Source: Bacteroidota bacterium (GTDB lineage Bacteria; Bacteroidota; Bacteroidia; Chitinophagales; Saprospiraceae). Taken from it: a stretch of DNA of 64,000 nt. Shown here one piece after another: positions 18,915 through 27,737 of the stretch; positions within the stretch are counted from its first letter, which is position 1, and each line of letters begins with the position of its first letter. The notes under the pieces are model-generated. The model saw nothing but the letters and a program-made list of their open reading frames with translations, did not search any database and was not told the origin of the DNA. The translations under genes were made by a program, and so were the position numbers. Where the stretch lies: NCBI GenBank assembly GCA_041183125.1, contig JBEGMH010000344.1, forward strand, positions 3,522 through 67,521, given 5' to 3'.

Positions 18915-21900
18915 ATGCAGCGCTGGTTTTGTATTTTGAGCGTATTGCTGAGCCTCTGCCCTGCGTGGGTAAAGGCCCAAGTCTCCGATACTTTCCCCCG
19001 GGCACCGGAAGCCTTCTTCCAGTCTCTGGGAAGTTTCCTGTTGGAAACTCGTGACGCCGGGGCGGCCAAGTCTTTCCAGGACTTCGAACAATCGCACCGC
19101 AACAAGCCGCTTCCGCCCGAGGAACTTGCCCTTGTTCAGCAGACCTGCGGGCAGATGCGCAAAAAAGGGTTAGCGGCACACCCGTACTTCAGCACCTACC
19201 TGGATGCCGTTGCTGCTTTGCGCACGCTCCCGCAACCAGGTCTTTTCGCCTCCTGGCACGAGATCAGCACCTGGATGCTGTCGGCAGAAAATCCCGGGCC
19301 AGCCACGTCCGTTTTTGAGTTTTTTCGTTTTTCCACCCACTTTTTTCTATCCAGCCACTTGAAGACCGGCGATGCCAACACGGTTGGATGGCGCTTGAAA
19401 TCGCCCACCTGGAGCATGCAAATACAGCAAAGCGAACCTGCGCTACTCGTTTCCAAGGCCGGCCTGTTGGGTGAAAATAGCCGGGATTCCATCCTGATAG
19501 CGAACACCGCCGGCACTTATTTCCCGTTGAAAAACCAATGGCGGGGAAAGGGCGGCACGGTCAACTGGGAGCGCGCCGGCCTGGGGCCTGAGGTGAATGC
19601 CTTGTTAGGCAGCTATAGCGTAGATACGCGAAAAAACACGTACAGTGCCGACAGTGCTTCCCTGAGCTACCCAAAAGTATTGGGCAGCCAGCGGATGTTG
19701 GGGAAGCTGAGCGACCAATTGGTGTCCCTTGAAGCGGAGGCAGGTCTGAACTATCCCCGGTTCGAATCGTACCAATCCCGCGAAATCAAGGGGATTGCGG
19801 AAGGCGTCCGGTTTGCAGGGGGGTTCAAGCTACAGGGAAAAACGATTTACGGGATCGGTGCGGAAGGCCGCAGGCCCATGCTACAGATATTCAACCAGCG
19901 CGGGGGCTTAGCGTTCAAAGCCAGCGCGGATGAACTCGTCGTTCGGCAAGGGGAATCCGTTTTTGCTCAGGAGGCCAGCATTGCTTTCTATTTAGAAAAG
20001 GATTCCATTTTCCACTCTTCCGCCAACTTCAAGTTCAACCTTGCCAACAAGGAGCTGCTCATTACCAGAGGAAAGTACGCCAACGACCGCAGTGCTTTTT
20101 TCAGTTCGGCCCATCAGGTATTCATGGATACCGACCAAATCCTCACCTCTATAGATGGAGAAAAAGCCATCATAGGGGAAAAAGCACTCGCCATCGTGCG
20201 AAAGCCGCCCGTATCGTTCGAGTCTGCCGATTTTTTCAGCCACAAAAGCTACGATGAGCAACAGGGCATTTCTTCTTCTAATCCGCTGGCCCTGATCAAG
20301 CGGTTTTCAGACCAGCAAAAACAAAGCACCCTGGACGCCGACCAATTGGCCAAGGTGTTTAACCCCGACTTCAACGCGGCCAGTATTGAGCGCTTGTTGT
20401 TCGACCTCTCCGCCCAGGGGTTTGTACGCTACGACACGGAAAGCAAGCGCATCGAAGTCCAGCCCAAACTCTTCCACTACGAAGATGCAAAACAGCAGCG
20501 CAGCGACTTTGACATGCTCCGCCTCAGCTCAAAAAGCGACCAGCCCAACGCCACCCTCAACTTAAGAAGCGCTAGAATGGACGTCTCCAATATTGATTTT
20601 ATCTCCTTCAGTCCAAGACAGCGGGTATCCATCGCACCTGATTCCAACCGGGTCTTCCTGGGCAAAAACCGGGATATGGAGTTTGGCGGGACTTTGCAAG
20701 CGGGATTTTCCGAACTGAAAAGCACCCGGTGGAAGTTTCGGTATCAACCCTTTCAAATCGAAAGCGACTCCATCGAGTACCTCCGGCTCTTTGCCCCGGA
20801 GAAACGCCCCGACGATGGGTCGGAAATGCCTGCCCCCTTTGCCCTGACTTCCGACATCGAGGGTTTCAAGGGGACGTTGATCATTGATGCCGAACGGAAC
20901 AAAAGCGGTTCGGCCGATATCCCCCTATTTCCCTCGCTCAACACCAAAGGCAAATCGTTCGTCTATTACGATGGCCCTTTCGCAAAGGATACCGTGTATA
21001 AGCGCGATTCCTTTTATTTTGAATTGGACCCCTTCCACCTCAACCAACTGGACAACTACGTGAAAGATGAGTTGTCGTTCAAAGGTTGGCTCGTGCCGGC
21101 ACATATCTTCCCGCCGTTCCGGGAAACCCTGCGGGTACAGCCTGATTATTCCCTTGGTTTTCAACATAATATACCTAAAGAGGGATATGCTGCATACGCT
21201 AAAAGAGGGAACTTTTCCGGTGTGCTCCAACTCAGCAACAAGGGGTTGGGCGGCGAGGGTATCCTCTCTTTCCAGGGGGCTAAAATCAATGCCCGGGACT
21301 ACCTGTTCCGACCCGACCAGCTCACAGGCAGTGCGCGTGCCTTCGACATCCCAGAGGTACGTGGCGAGAAAGAGTCCCCTAAAATCGCTGGTTCCGATGT
21401 AAACATCAACTGGATACCTTATGCCGACAGCATGTACGTGAGCTCCGCCTCCCAGGGCTTCAAGATCTTCGATGAGGGCATACACGATCTGGCCGGACAG
21501 TTGATCCTCACCAGCAAAGGCATCAACGCCAGCGGCACCCTCGACTGGCCGGATGCTCAAATCAAAGCCCCCATCCTCACGTTCGGCGCCCGTTCTGTCA
21601 AGGCGGATACCCTCTTCCTGGGCATCAAGGCCGAGGGACAGGAACAGTTTGCCCTACAAGCCGAAAAAACGGGGGGACGTATTGATTTTGACCAGAAAAA
21701 AGGCAGCTTCAAAGCTCCTGTCCAGCCTTCTTCCACCGCTTTTCCCCTCAACCAGTACGAAACCAGCCTGAATGCCTTCGACTGGGATATAGAAGGCCGG
21801 ACCATCACTTTTGTACAAGCCTCCGACAGCACCGCCTCGTTCAGCTCTATCCACCCCGAGCAAGACCGGCTCTCTTTTCGTGGAAAAACCGCTGTATATG

Positions 21901-23447
21901 ACCTGGACTCCACCCAATTGAGGATTGGTGGCGTGCCCTACATCGTGAGTTCGGATGCCTTCATTTATCCCGACAGCAACCGCGTTTATGTACAGCCCGG
22001 AGCGGTCATCGCCCGGCTTGAGGATGCCGTCATCGTCTGTGACACCTTGAACCGAAAGCACACCATCAGCCGCGCCAGCGTGAACATCCTGGGGAAAAAA
22101 GAATACCGTGCCAGCGGGTATTACCAGTACCCCGTCGGGGACCGGGAGCAAGAAATCGCGTTTAACAATATCCAGGGCACACGGGTAGGAAAAGGGCCGG
22201 TCAACCAACGCCCCTCTGCGACCGTAGCCCAGGGGGAAGTGAGCGAAGCCGATAACTTCCTCATGGACGACAAGTTGTCTTTCTATGGGCAAATCAGTCT
22301 GGGGTCAGATTCGGAGAACCTGAAATTCAGTGGTTTTGCGCGCATCAACAGCGAGCAGCTCCCCGAGCAGCAATGGTTCAGCATCTCCGTGCAGGCGGAT
22401 AGGAAGAACGTTGTTATCCCCTTCAAAACCCTGCGCAACCCGGAGGCAGTAGCCCTGGAAAATGGCTTGTTCCTGAGCAAGGAACAGGGCTTCATCTATC
22501 CCCTGCTGATGATGCCGCCCTACTTCCGAAGGGATAGGCCTTTGTTCCCGGCAAAAGGGGTATTGCGCTACGACAAGCAAAAGGACCGCTTCATCGTCGG
22601 CGATTCGTCTAAAGTGTTGGCCGACCAGCTCAGGGGCAACCTCCTGACCTATTTTTCAAAAACCGGGCGCGTGGAGGCAGAGGGGAAGTTCAGCCTCGGG
22701 TCTGGGCTCAAAAACTATAAAATACAGGCTGCCGGTACCGCAACAACCCAGTTCCAAGAAGGTCCTCCCCCTTCGGAAGCCGACTCAAATGCGATTGCAG
22801 CCCCCCCGCCCCCCACGGATTTTGACCTCATTGCAGGGCTCGATTTCACCCTGCCGGATCGCCTGTTGCGCATTATGGAGAACGAAATTGCCTCTTCCAG
22901 TTTCGCCGCCTCCCCTATTCCCTATTTAAGCGATATCAACTATTATCAAAAGGGGTTCTCCGAAATTTTCCCAGCGAACCCCGATGTAGAGAACGCCATC
23001 CGCGGGCTCACAAACGGCATTTTCTCCATCCCGGAAAAAGACAACCCGTATACCTTGCTGCTCAGCGGCTTGAAAATGCGCTGGGACACGGACTACCAGT
23101 CGCTCGTGTCGAAAAAACCCGAAGCAGGGCTCGTGAGCATCAAAGGCAGGCCCATCAGCCAGGTGCTCGATTGCTATGTGGAGTTCAAAATGCCTTCCAA
23201 CGAAGACGACCGGGTATATGTCCATCTCCAGTTGCGCAACCAGATCTACTACTACTTTGGCTATCGCAACGGCATCCTGGAAATCAACTCCAACGACAAC
23301 CGCTTCATGGATGAAGCCGCAAAAATGAAATCCAATGAACTGGTACTCAAAATGCCGGATGGAAAGTCTTATGAGATCCAGATCGTGGAATCCAACCGGG
23401 CGCAAATGTTTTTAAGAAGGGCCAAAGCTGCTGCCGAGGCCAAATAA
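18915..23447 (+). CDS. large secreted hypothetical protein (1510 aa, no domain recognised)
   Basis: The ORF-track entry is 18870-23447. The Met at 18915 gives a clean signal peptide (MQRWFCILSVLLSLCPAWVKAQ), and the upstream codons translate repeat copy B. It looks beta-rich and has one Pro-rich linker (PPPSEADSNAIAAPPPP). I see no T9SS CTD. Confidence 0.6.
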   Translation: MQRWFCILSVLLSLCPAWVKAQVSDTFPRAPEAFFQSLGSFLLETRDAGAAKSFQDFEQSHRNKPLPPEELALVQQTCGQMRKKGLAAHPYFSTYLDAVAALRTLPQPGLFASWHEISTWMLSAENPGPATSVFEFFRFSTHFFLSSHLKTGDANTVGWRLKSPTWSMQIQQSEPALLVSKAGLLGENSRDSILIANTAGTYFPLKNQWRGKGGTVNWERAGLGPEVNALLGSYSVDTRKNTYSADSASLSYPKVLGSQRMLGKLSDQLVSLEAEAGLNYPRFESYQSREIKGIAEGVRFAGGFKLQGKTIYGIGAEGRRPMLQIFNQRGGLAFKASADELVVRQGESVFAQEASIAFYLEKDSIFHSSANFKFNLANKELLITRGKYANDRSAFFSSAHQVFMDTDQILTSIDGEKAIIGEKALAIVRKPPVSFESADFFSHKSYDEQQGISSSNPLALIKRFSDQQKQSTLDADQLAKVFNPDFNAASIERLLFDLSAQGFVRYDTESKRIEVQPKLFHYEDAKQQRSDFDMLRLSSKSDQPNATLNLRSARMDVSNIDFISFSPRQRVSIAPDSNRVFLGKNRDMEFGGTLQAGFSELKSTRWKFRYQPFQIESDSIEYLRLFAPEKRPDDGSEMPAPFALTSDIEGFKGTLIIDAERNKSGSADIPLFPSLNTKGKSFVYYDGPFAKDTVYKRDSFYFELDPFHLNQLDNYVKDELSFKGWLVPAHIFPPFRETLRVQPDYSLGFQHNIPKEGYAAYAKRGNFSGVLQLSNKGLGGEGILSFQGAKINARDYLFRPDQLTGSARAFDIPEVRGEKESPKIAGSDVNINWIPYADSMYVSSASQGFKIFDEGIHDLAGQLILTSKGINASGTLDWPDAQIKAPILTFGARSVKADTLFLGIKAEGQEQFALQAEKTGGRIDFDQKKGSFKAPVQPSSTAFPLNQYETSLNAFDWDIEGRTITFVQASDSTASFSSIHPEQDRLSFRGKTAVYDLDSTQLRIGGVPYIVSSDAFIYPDSNRVYVQPGAVIARLEDAVIVCDTLNRKHTISRASVNILGKKEYRASGYYQYPVGDREQEIAFNNIQGTRVGKGPVNQRPSATVAQGEVSEADNFLMDDKLSFYGQISLGSDSENLKFSGFARINSEQLPEQQWFSISVQADRKNVVIPFKTLRNPEAVALENGLFLSKEQGFIYPLLMMPPYFRRDRPLFPAKGVLRYDKQKDRFIVGDSSKVLADQLRGNLLTYFSKTGRVEAEGKFSLGSGLKNYKIQAAGTATTQFQEGPPPSEADSNAIAAPPPPTDFDLIAGLDFTLPDRLLRIMENEIASSSFAASPIPYLSDINYYQKGFSEIFPANPDVENAIRGLTNGIFSIPEKDNPYTLLLSGLKMRWDTDYQSLVSKKPEAGLVSIKGRPISQVLDCYVEFKMPSNEDDRVYVHLQLRNQIYYYFGYRNGILEINSNDNRFMDEAAKMKSNELVLKMPDGKSYEIQIVESNRAQMFLRRAKAAAEAK

Positions 23448-23459
23448 ACCTATACTGCC

Positions 23460-24287
23460 ATGAAAGTATCCTCCATCCACATTTACCCGGTCAAGTCCCT
23501 CGGTGGGTTCCGTGCAAATGAATGGAAACTCGAAGCCAGAGGGCTCGAACACGACCGCCGCTGGATGCTCGTAGATGAGAGCGGGTTTTTCCTCACGCAA
23601 AGGACCCTTCCCGAGCTCTGTCTGCTGGAAGCCGTCATCCAGGGTAAGTCCCTGGTCATCCGGGACCGCAAAAAACGGCAGGAGGATCTCATACTGCCCG
23701 TCGCTGTCCCTAGCGGGGAAAAACTTCGGGAGGTGCAGGTCTGGAACGATATAGTTCCTGCCCTCTTCGTAGGGCCGGAGCAGGTTTCCGCATGGTTTTC
23801 CACCCTTTTTGGCCGCAGCATATACTTGGCCTATATGCCCGAGCAAAGCGAGCGCCCGGTGGATCCGCAATATGCCCAAGCGGGCGATATGGTGAGTTTT
23901 GCCGATGGGTACCCTGTGCTCATTGCGCTGGAAGCTTCCCTCGAAGATTTGAATGCGCGCCTTGCCGAACCGGTCGGTATGGAGCGTTTCCGCCCCAACC
24001 TCGTCGTGGAAGGCGGAACGCCCTGGGAGGAAGATTCCTGGCGGGCAGTAGCCGTAGGAGAGGCGCAGTTCCGGACGCCTAAGCCGTGCGCGCGCTGCAA
24101 GGTGATTACGATAGACCCCGCAAGTGCCGAGGTAGGAGTAGAGCCCATGCGAACCTTATCCACCTTTCACAAGCAGGGCAACAAGACCCTGTTTGGGATG
24201 AACGCCTGTTGGGAAAAGCAGTCTGGCCATATTGTCCGGGTCGGCGATTCCGTCGCCGTGTTAAAACAGGATATCGAGGACCATTAG
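23460..24287 (+). CDS. MOSC domain-containing protein
   Basis: 275-aa ORF. It has a MOSC N-terminal beta-barrel start (MKVSSIHIYPVKSLGG) and the conserved Cys context PKPCARCKVITIDP. It starts 12 nt after the preceding gene. Confidence 0.8.
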   Translation: MKVSSIHIYPVKSLGGFRANEWKLEARGLEHDRRWMLVDESGFFLTQRTLPELCLLEAVIQGKSLVIRDRKKRQEDLILPVAVPSGEKLREVQVWNDIVPALFVGPEQVSAWFSTLFGRSIYLAYMPEQSERPVDPQYAQAGDMVSFADGYPVLIALEASLEDLNARLAEPVGMERFRPNLVVEGGTPWEEDSWRAVAVGEAQFRTPKPCARCKVITIDPASAEVGVEPMRTLSTFHKQGNKTLFGMNACWEKQSGHIVRVGDSVAVLKQDIEDH

Positions 24288-25127
24288 TCCGCAGAATACG
24301 ACGCTGGCCAACCCATTCATAGTAAAAAAGGCCAGGTTGACCCGGCTCAGATCGTTTGGTTTGACCAATACGTGCTGGTATCCCAACAAGGCGATGTACG
24401 ATGCCGAAGCGGCTACTTGCAGCCAGCCCATGCGGTCGGGGTAGGCGGCCTGAACCAGGTAGCCGGCTGTGAGCATGGTGCATATACTCAATACGTGAAG
24501 TAAACGGGAGAACCACAGCGCCTTCGTCCTTCCCATCCGTACCGGGATGGAGCGCAGGGACATGGAGCGATCGAACACATCGTCCTGAAGGGCATAGATG
24601 ATATCGAAACCCGCGGTCCAGAGCAACACCGTCACCGAATACAACATCGGGATGGCATCAAACCCTCCGCCACCTGCCAGATAAGCTCCCAGAGGGGCCA
24701 GGGCCAAGCCCAGGCCCAACACAAAATGGCACAAGGCCGTAAAGCGTTTGGTGAAGCTATAGCCGAGAATGACCAGAAGGGCAACCGGCGACAAGTAAAA
24801 GCAGAGCGGATTGATAAACCAGGTGGCCGCTATAAAAAAAAGGGCATTCAGCCCGGTGAACAGCAGTGCGGCACGGGGATGGACAACTCCCGCCGGTATT
24901 TCCCGCTGCTGGGTCCGCGGGTTTTGCCGGTCGTAGTCCCGGTCGAGGTAGCGGTTGAACGCCATGGCCGCGCTTCGGGCAAAGACCATGCACAATACGA
25001 CCAGGCCCAATAACGACCAGCTAAACGCGACGCCGGTGTGCATCCACGCCAGGAAGAAGCCCAACAAGGCAAAAGGAAGGGCGAAGACGGTATGGCTGAA
25101 CTTGATCAGGGAGAAGTAGGCTTTCAT
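24261..25127 (-). CDS. UbiA family aromatic prenyltransferase (4-hydroxybenzoate polyprenyltransferase-like)
   Basis: The ORF-track entry is 24261-25208. I place the start at the Met at 25127 (MKAYFSLIKFSHTVFALPFAL). It has the Asp-rich motifs NRYLDRDYD and YALQDDVFD and is multi-TM. The 3' end overlaps the convergent MOSC gene by 27 nt. Confidence 0.8.
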   Translation of the reverse strand: MKAYFSLIKFSHTVFALPFALLGFFLAWMHTGVAFSWSLLGLVVLCMVFARSAAMAFNRYLDRDYDRQNPRTQQREIPAGVVHPRAALLFTGLNALFFIAATWFINPLCFYLSPVALLVILGYSFTKRFTALCHFVLGLGLALAPLGAYLAGGGGFDAIPMLYSVTVLLWTAGFDIIYALQDDVFDRSMSLRSIPVRMGRTKALWFSRLLHVLSICTMLTAGYLVQAAYPDRMGWLQVAASASYIALLGYQHVLVKPNDLSRVNLAFFTMNGLASVVFCGLMVLDILF

Positions 25128-25206
25128 GCCGGTCGGTTTGATACAGGCAGGGCTGTCGTAAAAGTATTCCGCCGCTTCCGCCTGAAAAATAAAACCAAGA
25201 AAGAGC

Positions 25207-25249
25207 ATCTGTTTTTTTGATTTTGCAAAGCAAAATCAAAAAAACAGAT
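25207..25249. repeat. perfect 43-nt AT-rich palindrome (20-bp arms, 3-nt loop)
   Basis: Sequence: ATCTGTTTTTTTGATTTTGC AAA GCAAAATCAAAAAAACAGAT. I checked all 20 arm positions base by base and they are complementary. It lies 79 nt upstream of the UbiA-like start and 15 nt from repeat copy C. Confidence 0.9.
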
Positions 25250-25264
25250 TCTCTTTCGAAATAT

Positions 25265-25344
25265 TAGACTTGTTGTGAGGGGGTCAGCGAGGTGGGAAAA
25301 AAGGACCTTTTTGACCCCTTGGTGATCCCCTTGCAACAAGTCTA
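25265..25344. repeat. palindromic intergenic repeat, copy C (best-preserved palindrome)
   Basis: Sequence: TAGACTTGTTGTGAGGGGGTCAGCGAGGTGGGAAAAAAGGACCTTTTTGACCCCTTGGTGATCCCCTTGCAACAAGTCTA. The terminal 11 nt are perfectly inverted (TAGACTTGTTG / CAACAAGTCTA). Its reverse complement aligns almost base for base with copy D. Confidence 0.85.
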
Positions 25345-25465
25345 TTCTTTAGTGGCCTTAGCGAAGTGCTTTTGAGGCAGCCACAAACATTTTTTGGTGG
25401 GCGAGGGCGAAAAATCTCTTGTAAGACAGTGCCCGTGACCATTCATGATGAGAAGCAGGGAGGGT

Positions 25466-25972
25466 TTAGTTCCCGGCTTTTGCTTCTACTTCCCCTTCGA
25501 GGTAGATGAAGGTTTCCGGGGGCGTGGTATTCGCTACGATGGTGACGCGCTTGCTTTGGCCGCCGACCTTACCCGTAGCGTCGAATACAACGGTAATCTC
25601 ACCCGTTTTGCCCGGGGCGATGGGTTCGCGCGGCCAAGTGGGAACCGTACAGCCGCAGGTGCTGCGCGCGTCGCTCAGGATCAGGGGTTCGTTGCCCGCG
25701 TTGCGGAACTTGAACGTATGCGTTACCTTTTCCCCATCTTTTACCTTTCCGAAGTTATGGCGGTCTTCGCCAAAGGAAATGGTCGTCGTCGGGCCTGCCG
25801 GTACTTCGGGTTGTTGGGCCTGGGTGCCTTGTGGGTCGGCGATAGCGGCAGGCGCCTCAGTAGTGGCTACATCTTGGCGGGCAGCATCGCGGGCGTCGGA
25901 GCCGGTGCTTTTGCACGAGCTGAGCGCTGCGAAGGCCAGAGAGAACAAAACAGCAGATTTTAGATACTTCAT
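25466..25972 (-). CDS. DUF1573 domain-containing lipoprotein
   Basis: The ORF-track entry is 25466-26038. The Met at 25972 gives a lipoprotein signal (MKYLKSAVLFSLAFAALSSCKS). The DUF1573 core is FGKVKDGEKVTHTFKFRNAGNEPLILSDARSTCGCTVP. Confidence 0.75.
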   Translation of the reverse strand: MKYLKSAVLFSLAFAALSSCKSTGSDARDAARQDVATTEAPAAIADPQGTQAQQPEVPAGPTTTISFGEDRHNFGKVKDGEKVTHTFKFRNAGNEPLILSDARSTCGCTVPTWPREPIAPGKTGEITVVFDATGKVGGQSKRVTIVANTTPPETFIYLEGEVEAKAGN

Positions 25973-26066
25973 GGCACTTTTGGTTATGAACAGTTGGAAA
26001 ATCCATTTGGGAACGCAAATGTACACAAAGAGGTTCACAGTAGGGATAAAAAACGCGCCCTTGTTG

Positions 26067-27737
26067 TTAACGAGCTGTTAATCGCGCGCTTCTGTTTTCT
26101 ACCCAAGCGGTAAACTGGGCCAGGTCTTTCGCGTTAAGGCAGTGGTCTGCACCGAGCCCTCCTTTCCGGGCGGCCAGCACGCCGAAGCGGATGTCGCGGA
26201 TTCCCGATTTGCTGTGCGCATCCGGGTTGATGGCGATGGGTACGCCCTTTTCGAGCGCGTACGGGATCCAGGTATAGTCCAAATCCAGGCGGTGGGGGTT
26301 GGCGTTCAACTCGATAGCCACCCCGTTGGCCGAGCAGGCATCGATCACCTCCCTATGCCGGATCGGATAGCCCGGCCGGGACAGCAACAAGCGCCCTGTC
26401 GGGTGGCCGAGGATGCGCGTTTGGGGCTGTTCGATGGCTTTGATCAAGCGGCGGGTCGCTTTTTCCTCCTCCATTTTCAGGTTGCTGTGGATGGATGCGA
26501 TCACGACCTCGAACCTATCCAGAATTTCCGTTGGATAATCCAGGCTGCCATCCGCAAGGATATCGCTCTCTATGCCCTTGAAAACCCGAAAGGGCGACAG
26601 TTCGCGGTTGAGCCGGTCAATCTCCTCCATTTGGGCCAGCACGCGTTCCGGGGAGAGCCCGTTGGCATAGAAAGCCGATTTTGAATGGTCGGAGATGACA
26701 AGATATTCGTACCCCAATGCCTTTGCTTCCTGCGCCATTTCCGCGAGAGGGTGCAATCCGTCGCTGTAGGTGCTATGGGCATGGATAACCCCCCGGATAT
26801 CGCGCTCTTGCACCAGAGGGGAAAGCCCCGGGGCCGCGGCGGGGTGAAGGACGGTACCCTCTTCCCGCCTTTCCGGTTCGATCCATGCAAGGCCGGTATT
26901 TTTAAAAAAGCCCGCTTCGTCTGATGCCGGGGCGGCAGCGCCCTCCAGGCGATCGAAAGACTCCAGAAACGCCTCTGAGCCCGTGATGCGGAATTGTTGT
27001 TTGTAAAAATCGGAGGGATCGCAACAATATATTCTTACCGGGTAACCCTCTTTCGTTTTTCCGGAAATCGCCTGTTCATGAAGGACCCCCTCAGACAGCA
27101 AGGAGTTGATTTCAGTCAGAGGGGGAGGTACCTGGCCGATCAACAAGGAAATTTCGTTCAGCACCGGAGAGCGGCGGCGCAGGGGGCCTGTCCATTCGAC
27201 TTGCGCATGGGGAAGGGCTGCCGAGACGGCGTTCAGCAATTCCAGCGCGGGAGCTTCGAGGGCGGCGTAGAGAAAGCTGCTGTTGTTGCGCTGGTAGAAC
27301 GCGAGTTGGCGGCGCAGTTCTTCCTGGGTTTTTTCCCCGAAGCCTTTCAATTCGAGGAGACGGTTCTCGTTGAGTGCGTACTCTAACTCACCGATACTTT
27401 CGACGCCCAGTTCTTTCCAGATCACCCGAAGCTTTTTAGGGCCGAGGCCCTGCACGAGCAGGAGCTCCCCGACGCCGGGCGGGGTGATGGCTTTGTACTT
27501 TTCGAGGGCCTCCATTTTCCCATACAGGACCAGTTCCCTGATTTTGCCTACTATAGCTTTGCCGATACCGGGCAGGGCTTCCAGTTCCGCTTCAGAAAAG
27601 TCGGACAAGGGGCGGTCCAACTTGCGCAGGGTGAGGTAGGCGTTCTGGTACGAGCGGATTTTGAATGGGTTTTCCCCATGCAGTTCCATGAGCTCGCCCA
27701 GGAACTGGAACGCCCTGGCCATTTCCTTGTTGGTCAT
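26067..27737 (-). CDS. PolX-like protein (HhH plus Pol-beta-like region plus PHP phosphoesterase domain)
   Basis: 556-aa ORF. The N-terminus (FQFLGELMELHGENPFKIRSYQNAY) and the HhH motifs (LPGIGKAIVGKI; VQGLGPKK) look like PolX. The PHP motifs are present (GVIHAHSTYSDG, ISDHS, ASIHS, ILGHPTGR, INPDAHS). The polymerase aspartates appear substituted (see findings). Confidence 0.8.
   Translation of the reverse strand: MTNKEMARAFQFLGELMELHGENPFKIRSYQNAYLTLRKLDRPLSDFSEAELEALPGIGKAIVGKIRELVLYGKMEALEKYKAITPPGVGELLLVQGLGPKKLRVIWKELGVESIGELEYALNENRLLELKGFGEKTQEELRRQLAFYQRNNSSFLYAALEAPALELLNAVSAALPHAQVEWTGPLRRRSPVLNEISLLIGQVPPPLTEINSLLSEGVLHEQAISGKTKEGYPVRIYCCDPSDFYKQQFRITGSEAFLESFDRLEGAAAPASDEAGFFKNTGLAWIEPERREEGTVLHPAAAPGLSPLVQERDIRGVIHAHSTYSDGLHPLAEMAQEAKALGYEYLVISDHSKSAFYANGLSPERVLAQMEEIDRLNRELSPFRVFKGIESDILADGSLDYPTEILDRFEVVIASIHSNLKMEEEKATRRLIKAIEQPQTRILGHPTGRLLLSRPGYPIRHREVIDACSANGVAIELNANPHRLDLDYTWIPYALEKGVPIAINPDAHSKSGIRDIRFGVLAARKGGLGADHCLNAKDLAQFTAWVENRSARLTAR

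Noticed and set aside
20925-22292. Two ORFs of about 210 aa on the minus strand (20925-21560 and 21654-22292) inside the 1510-aa orphan gene
   Set aside because: They have antisense composition, no motifs and no plausible start contexts. The long + frame with its signal peptide explains the region better, although that gene itself has no recognised domain.
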